This document shows, one piece after another, positions 1 through 7,464 of a stretch of DNA of 64,000 bases (the stretch's first letter is position 1; each line of letters starts with the position of its first letter). A program made the position numbers and the translations under genes. Source of the DNA: Promethearchaeati archaeon SRVP18_Atabeyarchaeia-1 (GTDB lineage Archaea; Asgardarchaeota; Atabeyarchaeia; Atabeyarchaeales; Atabeyarchaeaceae); contig CP147779.1 of the NCBI GenBank assembly GCA_037308085.1, forward strand, positions 96,001-160,000, written 5' to 3'. The notes under the pieces are model-generated. The model made no database searches. It saw nothing but the letters and a program-made list of their open reading frames with translations, and was not told the origin of the DNA.

Positions 1-19
1 TAATCTCTTTTTCATCCAT
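1..19 (-). CDS. 5' end of a gene running off the window (MDEKEI...)
   Basis: ATG at 19 on the minus strand with a G-rich RBS-like run upstream; only 6 codons visible. Confidence 0.4.
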
Positions 20-275
20 AATCTTGTGTCCCCCCCATAAATCCTAGTTCCTGTGAGCAGAGTCAATATAGGTCGTCAGTACTTATGCCGCTAGAATCTA
101 GCTGTTCTCGACCTTATAAGGGTAGCAGCAATCTGGTATTGATCGCCTTATGAATCCTCTGCAGGTTCCAACCACAACTTGTACTGCTTATAGCTAGGGC
201 TTTTCACTATTTGACTGCAACACTGCGATCAAAGCAACGATACCCAACACCAACGCCTACTGGAAACGCCCCCGT

Positions 276-545
276 TCAAGTCGCACACGATTGAAAAGTA
301 ACGTTCACAGGCTCTCCGGTCACAAAAGCGTTCTTCTACAGCGCCGTGGTGAGCTTAAACCCGCCTTGCTCATCAACTACCTCCGCGACGAGGGGCGTGC
401 CAGCCGAAGATGGCCTGAGACTCAAACCCGAAACGCACACCATCCCCACAACAACAATCACAGCGGAAACCAAAACCGCACGCGCCCTACCGGAAATCAA
501 ACAATCCCCTCCCTCAGTAAAGGCACGCTTGCTATAGCCACTCAA
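276..545 (-). pseudogene. Truncated secreted protein gene with in-frame amber stop
   Basis: Signal-peptide-like N-terminus; reading through the TAG at 336-338 gives FKLTTAL*KNAFVTGEPVNVTF, an Ig-like 'LxK..Y/F..GEPVNVT' strand pattern, then TGA. Confidence 0.5.
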
Positions 546-559
546 ATTCCCTTGCTGGC

Positions 560-799
560 TTACTCTTCTCCAACTTTGCTTTTCTCCCGCCTCTGTTTCC
601 TCTTGGCTTCCAGCTCACTTGTCCCGTCTGCGGCTTTGCTCGTAGTTGTTTCCGCTTCCAAGTCGATGCCAGTGCCGTACTCTTTCATAAGGGAACGAGC
701 CAGCGCCTCACTTAACTTCTTGGTTATTTCATCCATCTCTTTGCCCTTTTTAGCCTGCCCGGGACTACGAGTTTCTTCTTCTTTCTCATTGCCCGACAT
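560..799 (-). CDS. Small charged hypothetical protein (79 aa, MSGNEKEEE...)
   Basis: ATG at 799 preceded by GGAGG and a TTTATAT box near 845-852; the upstream part of the 192-aa ORF looks non-coding. Confidence 0.6.
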   Translation of the reverse strand: MSGNEKEEETRSPGQAKKGKEMDEITKKLSEALARSLMKEYGTGIDLEAETTTSKAADGTSELEAKRKQRREKSKVGEE

Positions 800-1091
800 T
801 ACGCGATCCTCCAATATTGACGCAATGTACTGGGAAGCGCCTTTGATATAAATGATTTCATCGCGATGCGCCTTTCTTCTTTCTGACGAAGGAAAGGCAC
901 ATGACGAAGATGAAGGCGCACACGATGAGTTGAACGATCCGTACTGCAAAGCGCCCAACAAGAGCAAGGCAAGAGGGAGTAGACATGCAAGCCTTTGTTC
1001 CTCAGGCGGACTCGCACCGGGAGCTGCGAGAAAAGTGAAGCAGAAGCTGGTCCATCCGATATCCGAGTCAATCCAGGGTAGCGAGCCAAGG

Positions 1092-1099
1092 AAAAAAAA
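1092..1099 (-). terminator. Oligo-T terminator after the secreted protein gene
   Basis: T8 run on the minus strand ~40 nt after the stop at 1142. Confidence 0.5.
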
Positions 1100-1141
1100 G
1101 AGGGAAATTAGAGTTGCCATTTTGAATGCTGCGATCAACTA

Positions 1142-2311
1142 CTATTTCATGTTGTGTCCAATCAGCTCGAAGACAAAGAACTCTGTGTTGGGCACATAAG
1201 GTGCCATGAACTGCAGCACTATCTTATCACCATAGTAGGTCTGAGCCACTTTGGTATCGCTGTAAAGAAGCAGAGATAATACACTGCCGTCCCTGGAGCC
1301 ATTGGTTGAAATAAGATCGGCCGACACAAGACCACACTTGTGACAGAGACCATTCTTGTCGACAGCGTAAAGCAATGCCTGGTTGAGCCATGAGTGGCTA
1401 GCATTGTATCCCGCCGGGTGTTCGTACAACTCTAGTCTATATAGCCTGTGATCGGTCAGAGCTGGCGCAGTATTCAGATTATGGTAGACGGCGACATCGC
1501 TTTCTGGGGCAACCAAGTTGTGGATGTTGAGCAAGCCTTCGTCAGCATAAGCGCTACCGTTCCACACTAGAAGATTGGGACACCCACCGCCCGTAATAGG
1601 GGTGTTCTGGTAACACTTGAACTCGGTGTACTCTGTATATGAGGGAGTATAATACCAAGAGAACCACCCGTAAACCCCCCAGGTCGTCTTGAGAGTTATG
1701 GAGGCTATCAATGAATTATACTTCTGTACTCTAATCAATGTTGTGAAGATTAGGTTGTATTCCTTAGTTTTGTCGTTGAAATTGTAGTTCCATATGGCGG
1801 GAGCTCCCCAATTCAGTAGGAGCATGTTTGGATTAACCTGGATCCCTGGATACGTGACCGTGTTGGTAGCCGAGAATGTAGGGTTCGCACCTATCGTTGC
1901 TGTGATGCCGTACGAGTATGATCCGACGCTTGTCGTTGGCTGATAAGCAACAGCTGTGCAATAGCTGGACATATCAATTCTGACCTGACCTGAGGCTATC
2001 CGTCCTGTCCCTGTTCCTTGGTTCACAGATGGATTCATGTCCACACTAACGTAAACAGCGTAGTAGTCATAGCTGGGATCGCTAGAAGGGAGATAATCAA
2101 CCATCCACTGAAGGGCCATATGACCAACATAGTATGTTTGACTCGCCCACAGGAACCATTCGGTGTCATAGTAATCCCTTGGGAACCCGCCCGACATCGT
2201 GTTGCTTACCCACAGATTATAGTTTGTGTCAGCTCTAACTGTTGTTACTTCGAGTGCTGCCATGCTTGAGAACATTAGAAGAATTATTGCTGTAGCTACC
2301 GCTTTTCTCGT
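1142..2311 (-). CDS. Secreted beta-rich protein (~389 aa); central region resembles beta-pore-forming toxins; C-terminal 'GGGCPxLxVWNG' domain
   Basis: Signal peptide (M)RKAVATAIILLMFSSMAALEVTTVRA; Ser/Thr/Tyr-rich alternating strands; best start by context is ACG at 2311. Confidence 0.7.
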   Translation of the reverse strand, partial: TRKAVATAIILLMFSSMAALEVTTVRADTNYNLWVSNTMSGGFPRDYYDTEWFLWASQTYYVGHMALQWMVDYLPSSDPSYDYYAVYVSVDMNPSVNQGTGTGRIASGQVRIDMSSYCTAVAYQPTTSVGSYSYGITATIGANPTFSATNTVTYPGIQVNPNMLLLNWGAPAIWNYNFNDKTKEYNLIFTTLIRVQKYNSLIASITLKTTWGVYGWFSWYYTPSYTEYTEFKCYQNTPITGGGCPNLLVWNGSAYADEGLLNIHNLVAPESDVAVYHNLNTAPALTDHRLYRLELYEHPAGYNASHSWLNQALLYAVDKNGLCHKCGLVSADLISTNGSRDGSVLSLLLYSDTKVAQTYYGDKIVLQFMAPYVPNTEFFVFELIGHNMK

Positions 2312-2375
2312 TTTTCCTTCCCTCTCCTCTCTTAGTACGCGGATCTGTCCGCGCCCGAACCTCCTCTTTCTATTA

Positions 2376-2442
2376 GGATATATATAATCCTTGCGGTATA
2401 GCGGTATAACAGTAAAGTATAAGACAAAAGGCTTAAAATAGG
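2376..2442. promoter_or_regulatory. Divergent promoter region with GCGGTATA x2 direct repeat
   Basis: TATATATAA at ~2379-2387, TTAAAATA at ~2433-2440, GCGGTATA at 2393-2400 and 2401-2408. Confidence 0.5.
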
Positions 2443-2498
2443 GACAGATACGTAGACCACAACAAGGAAGAAAGCACCAGACAGGAGCCACCCGCACC

Positions 2499-2684
2499 TT
2501 GAGTAGAGTACATGAGACTATAGCGCACACTGGCAAGCAGAAGACATCGTTCACCGTCGATCAGGATCTCTGGAAGAAGTGGATCCTCTTTGTCGTGGAC
2601 AAACGTGGTTCTGCGCGCAAGCTGAGTCAGGAGCTTGAAGTAGCTATGAACGAGTACATGAGGAACCATAGGAGAGACAAGTAG
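2499..2684 (+). CDS. Ribbon-helix-helix (CopG-like) DNA-binding protein
   Basis: KQKTSFTVDQDLWKKW...SARKLSQELEVAMNEYM: beta strand followed by two helices. Confidence 0.75.
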   Translation: MSRVHETIAHTGKQKTSFTVDQDLWKKWILFVVDKRGSARKLSQELEVAMNEYMRNHRRDK

Positions 2685-2975
2685 GGACTCGAGCTATTCT
2701 GAGTCTGCCTTTCCTTCAATATCAGTGAGGGCTGGCAGCCTTTTCACGCCCCGATAAGAAAGAGGGCAGAAATTGTCTACTCCTTCTCAAAGAGCTACTC
2801 AGCAGCCGGCGACCGGGCAGTCACTAAGTTTTCTGACTGCAAACTTCATTTAACAATCTTGAATCTAATGTGTGTCCTGCCGGCGGGAAGTTGGAGATCA
2901 TTCTACCTTGTTCGGATTAGGAAATCCATTGAGTCCTGGTGAACTACCGATAATAGGCTTCGAGAGTCCTTGATT

Positions 2976-3476
2976 ATGGAAAAATATGACAAACAAGATC
3001 AGAGATTGATGGCAACTTGGGCTGCAGACTGTGCCGAAAGAGTACTTCCATTTTTTGAGAAGGCATATCCGAAGGATGATCGGCCCCGCAGAGCTATCGA
3101 GGCATGCAGAACGTGGGTTCGGACAGGCATGTTTAAGATGGCTGATATACGCGGAGCCTCTCTTGCAGCTCATGCCGCCGCCCGCGAAGCGAAAGAGAAT
3201 AGCGCAGCTTGTTTTGCTGCGCATGCCGCAGGTCAAGCGGTGGCAACTGCGCATGTTCCCGAACACGCCTTCGGCGCTGCTTATTATGCTCTTAAAGCCG
3301 TTGCGGCAGCTGACCCTGATAATGCCGAGGTTAAGATTGCCAAAGAACGACATTGGCAATCACGGCGTCCTCCAAAAAGCCTAAGGCAAGAAGTCCTAAA
3401 CAAGATAATAATCCAAAAACATGGCGACAGAATTCTCATCAAGATACGAAAAGGCAAGGATACTGAGGTACGATGA
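2976..3476 (+). CDS. Imm5-like putative immunity protein
   Basis: WAADCAERVLPFFE..P.DDRPRRAIEA..W...AAHAAAR...AAHAAGQAVATAHVPEHA.GAAYYA family signature. Confidence 0.8.
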   Translation: MEKYDKQDQRLMATWAADCAERVLPFFEKAYPKDDRPRRAIEACRTWVRTGMFKMADIRGASLAAHAAAREAKENSAACFAAHAAGQAVATAHVPEHAFGAAYYALKAVAAADPDNAEVKIAKERHWQSRRPPKSLRQEVLNKIIIQKHGDRILIKIRKGKDTEVR

Positions 3477-3851
3477 GCTCGAGAAATTCGTAACCATATC
3501 TTTAGAGAAGTTGCCTGACAAGGAAGACTTTCTCCCCACAGGAAAAAGCCGATACCAGGCTGCTGCCAGCGCACGCCTTGCCGAGGGGAAAAACCAAGCT
3601 CAGGAAAACTACTTGTGGTTCGGCGGTCTTCCCTAAGGAAGGAGAGACAAGGATTCTTGGAACCCAGATCCCCTGCCGAGTGTGTGATGCAGTTTCGCCA
3701 TACCTTGCAGACCGTGTCTCGGAAACCCCTTGATTTCAGCTTGGGGTAACCTACTAGTCTCCATATGATTGGAGCCATTGTGTCCTTGAAGAAGCTAAAA
3801 CCTGCAACCACATCCAAGCACGCGCCGAATCTGAATACTTCAGGTGACCCG

Positions 3852-4348
3852 TCAGCTATCCGGGAGACGACCGCGTCTCACCTTCCTTGTCAGTTTAGGC
3901 AGTGACTGCAATTCACTGCCGATTACGTGTACTCCGCAAGCCGGGCACGTCCCTTTGACATGCACCCACTCCAGGAAGTCATCCCGATGAGCAGCACCCC
4001 CGCAACTCGGGCAAGACGCAATCGAGTCGCCCCTATACAACTTCTTCCTGCATACAATGCACACACCAACCCCTCCCGCCCTTCATCTAGGGGCGTAGTG
4101 ACATCCTCGACTGCTTCCCCATCCTCAAATACCTTCGCCTCCCCCATCCTCACCTGCTCATTGATGAACCCAAGCAGGAACCCCACCCCAGAAAACAAAC
4201 CCAAACCACCAACGAGGAAAGCGAACACCTCCCCCCCGAATTTGCCCCTCACAACGGTAGGTGGGTAGCACACGACGACGAACAACCCGAACAGAACCAG
4301 CATGACTCCTGCAAAAAGAGGGAACAATCGAAGCGACCCATCACTCAC
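3852..4348 (-). pseudogene. Two-TM membrane-anchored RING-like zinc finger protein, frameshifted
   Basis: TM helices (ORF 3923-4495) join CIVC..CPSCG..AH...EW......CPAC (ORF 3852-4064) if one GT is removed from GGTGTGTGC at ~4060-4067. Confidence 0.7.
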
Positions 4349-4597
4349 CTCACCCAAGAAACCCGCCTCTTCACACGAGAGATCAGCGTACCCATACAAA
4401 AACGTTTTCCAGCCTGCGCATCTCTCTCCCTCTCGGATATAAATGAGAAAAACCCTCCGTACGAAGGCGCCCCGAGGATCCAAACCACAGCGCATCCTAA
4501 TCCGACCAATCGCGTCAGCGATCCCTAGACTGAGATGAGTGTGTCCCGCATCCCGCTATTTGCTCAGTCTCAGCTCGAGGTAGAATACTGATTCTCA

Positions 4598-4617
4598 GAC
4601 CCATGGTGACCCATGGT
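4598..4617. repeat. 10-bp tandem duplication GACCCATGGT x2
   Basis: Read directly at 4598-4607 and 4608-4617. Confidence 0.85.
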
Positions 4618-4701
4618 ATAACCGTTTCTGTCTCACGGACAAAGTTGAGTGGTTAGGGTGAATTCGCCTCAGACAGTGCTACCCATGAGAACGGAGAGCA
4701 C

Positions 4702-5360
4702 TCAGCGTCTTCGCCTAGTTGCGTCCCTCGCAGCGACGGCGAACACAGCCGCCACCGCACCCACTGCCAACGCGACAATAATGGCATTCAGCACAGAGTC
4801 TCCATGTGAAGAGGATTGAGACCCAAATATGTTGCTGGAGGTCAAGGTAAGGTAAGGTTTTCCCAATAACCCCACTTCACCCAAGTCTCCGACTTGACTC
4901 TCAGCCCAGTATCCACATCATACCACGTTCGGCTGAGATAGTCATAATAACGCACCTCGATATACGCCACACTTCTCTCTAAGCCCGTAACCAGCATTGT
5001 CATCGTACCATTTATCCGGAGATCTGAGCCCGGCCACAGTGGATCGCCCCTGCCCAGGTTAGGCATGACCAAGAACATCCAATCTGAGCCGCTCGAAAGA
5101 TTCGCCGTCCATTGGTATTCATGGACCTGATCCCCGACAAACTCCGTGAAGTTAAAGTGAACTATGGACCCTACCACACCAGTTATCTCGACACGCTGTC
5201 TACAAGTAATATTGTTCAGAGTCCAAGCACAAGTGTATTCCGCCCATTGCCCTGCCTGCACACCGACCTCGCCATAAGTCACGGCACTTGAAACCACCGA
5301 TACCGCCGTACACCCAATCAGAATCGAAACCACCAGAAACAGGCAAACGCCCCGCCTCAC
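4702..5360 (-). pseudogene. Secreted protein with C-terminal TM anchor, frameshifted by a 5-bp duplication
   Basis: Signal peptide, VGVQAGQWAEY and WYDVDTGL motifs; ACCTT x3 at 4844-4858; removing one unit joins NLTLTSSNIF to a TM helix and RRRR tail (217 aa). Confidence 0.8.
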
Positions 5361-5548
5361 TACCGTTTCTCCTCACTCTCCCCGCAAAGCCTGACCAAAT
5401 ACAACACGCATATCCTTCGTGTTCCTGAGTATAAATGTCATCGGTCTACAGCACAAGAAAGCCTTCCTGCCCGAAAAGGGGAAGCAGAAAACGATCCTTT
5501 CCAAAGACCTGTGCAGCCTTTTAATACTCCCACCCATGACACACTACC

Positions 5549-7315
5549 ATGTCCCAAACTCCACACACCAACACGCCACACAGCCACCCACAACCGCCAA
5601 CAAACATGCAACTGCAGATGCAGGAAGATCCAGACGAAACCATAAGGAATACTAGGAGTAAGAAAAGAGGAAGGAACAAGAAAGCAAGGGGCAAACCAAG
5701 AAAAGAGCTACCAATAGCAGGAAGTGAGCTATTCGCGAAATGGAAGGCTGGGAGATCAGCAGGAGACCTCTCAAAGGAATATGGCGTAAGCCCCGGAACA
5801 ATCCGGAACCGGTTAAAGGAATGCGACAAGGAATCCTATGCTAGCATAGCTAGGAGCAGGAAACCTCCCAGAAGCAATGGGCGAAGAAGAGAACTGCCAA
5901 TACCTAACTCAGAACTCTACGAACAATGGAAGAATGGGGAATCAGCCGAAACCTTGGCAAGAAAGTACAGGGCCAGCCGCCAAACCATTTCGAGGAGACT
6001 AAGAGAGTACAATGAACAGGAATACGGCGAAATAGCCAAGAGAAAGATAGCCACTTCAATCGCTGAGCGGAGGAAGAATATTCCAGTAGCACCAGCTAAA
6101 CTCATGGATAGATGGAAGAGTGGTGAATCAGCAGGCAAACTCGCGCACCAATTCAATGTTAGCCGCTCAACCATCACCAAAATACTGGAGAAGTACGGTG
6201 ACAATGACTACCGGCGAATGGCTAAGGAGAGAATGACCAGAGGAAAAGCGAAAGAAATACCGATATCTGAAGCCTCCGACCGGTGGAAGAAAGGCGAAAG
6301 GATCAAGGACCTCGCAAAGAGGTACGGGGTTAGCTTCGGAGCAGCTCGGAGGAAACTAATGGAGAACGACGAAAATGCGTACAGGGAGATAGCAAGGATC
6401 AACAGGGCAAGAAGAGGGAAGGAGAAACTTTCAGTATCAGACGTCAAACTGTTCCAGTTGTGGAAGAACGGCAAATCGACAAGAGCCCTAGCAAAGAAGT
6501 TAGGAGTAAGCCGTCAGACGATTTCGAGAAGACTAAAGGAGTATAATGCACAGGAATACAGTGAAGTGGCCAAGAAAAAAATCGCCGCGAAAATCTCTGA
6601 AATTGCGAAAGAGAAAAAGATCTCGATACCTACTGATGAGTTGTCGAAGCTGTGGGAGAACGGGAAGTCAACAGCGACTCTGGCAAGAGAGAACAAAGTA
6701 AGTCGACAAACCATATCAAGGATACTAATCAAGCGGAACAGAGCGGAGTATCAAACAATAGCCAAGCACAGAATAATCACTGCAAGGACGAAAGAACTAC
6801 TGATACCAATGCCTGAACTTTTCGACCGATGGGAAAACGGAGAATCACCAGAAAAACTCGAAAAAGAATGCGGAATAAGCTACAGACAAATCCTGAACAA
6901 ACTGAGAGCATATGACAAAGACAGGTACAAGAAGAACGCCGAAAGAAGAGGACTAGGTTCCATCAGAGCAAAGAATTGTGGAGTCGACAGCCTATTCGAA
7001 CTGAACGTCGGAAGAATTCTGGAAAGACACGGCATCTTATCCAAGAGAACTACGCTGAAGTTCGGCAAACATAATTACCGCCCAGATTTCCTACTACTTG
7101 AACGCAACACAATAATCGAAGCAATGGGGCTTTCCTTCGACTGGTATTGGAGGCGCAACAAACAAAAGACAAGAGACTATCTCCACCACAAGTACAAAGT
7201 AGTCGCTGTAGTGCCCACCGGGCAAGTATACTGGAAAGCAAAGGGATATCTCAGCAGGAAAGTAAAGATACTCAAGTACGCGGAATTCGAGAGATTCGTG
7301 TCGACATGCCTATGA
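5549..7315 (+). CDS. Seven tandem HTH repeats fused to a C-terminal PD-(D/E)xK (Vsr/DUF559-like) nuclease
   Basis: Repeat 'L...W..G.S...LA....VSRQTI.R.L' with Trp at aa 65, 127, 189, 246, 305, 369, 428; C-terminal SLFE...YRPDF...IIEAMG...YW; start may be 5606 or 5618. Confidence 0.85.
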   Translation: MSQTPHTNTPHSHPQPPTNMQLQMQEDPDETIRNTRSKKRGRNKKARGKPRKELPIAGSELFAKWKAGRSAGDLSKEYGVSPGTIRNRLKECDKESYASIARSRKPPRSNGRRRELPIPNSELYEQWKNGESAETLARKYRASRQTISRRLREYNEQEYGEIAKRKIATSIAERRKNIPVAPAKLMDRWKSGESAGKLAHQFNVSRSTITKILEKYGDNDYRRMAKERMTRGKAKEIPISEASDRWKKGERIKDLAKRYGVSFGAARRKLMENDENAYREIARINRARRGKEKLSVSDVKLFQLWKNGKSTRALAKKLGVSRQTISRRLKEYNAQEYSEVAKKKIAAKISEIAKEKKISIPTDELSKLWENGKSTATLARENKVSRQTISRILIKRNRAEYQTIAKHRIITARTKELLIPMPELFDRWENGESPEKLEKECGISYRQILNKLRAYDKDRYKKNAERRGLGSIRAKNCGVDSLFELNVGRILERHGILSKRTTLKFGKHNYRPDFLLLERNTIIEAMGLSFDWYWRRNKQKTRDYLHHKYKVVAVVPTGQVYWKAKGYLSRKVKILKYAEFERFVSTCL

Positions 7316-7464
7316 AAGTTCCAACAGAAACACGCCTTTGCTCACAGAAAATGCCTATGCAGGGAGCAGTTTGCCCTAGAAACCTGTCTCGTCTTCAACT
7401 TCTGAATAGACACCTCCACAAGGAAGAGTGGAGGAGGATCGTCCTTCCGCCAACGACTTCCAAC

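Noticed and set aside
800-1138. N-terminal 113 codons of the 192-aa ORF, and the antisense ORF 291-851
   Set aside because: They span a terminator and a TATA box; the RBS supports the start at 799.
2312-2554. N-terminal extension of the 470-aa ORF
   Set aside because: Overlaps the divergent promoters and the RHH gene; not protein-like.
3421-3850. Short ORFs 3421-3636 (+) and 3284-3817 (-)
   Set aside because: No recognisable motif and they overlap the Imm5-like gene; possible remnant but unsupported.
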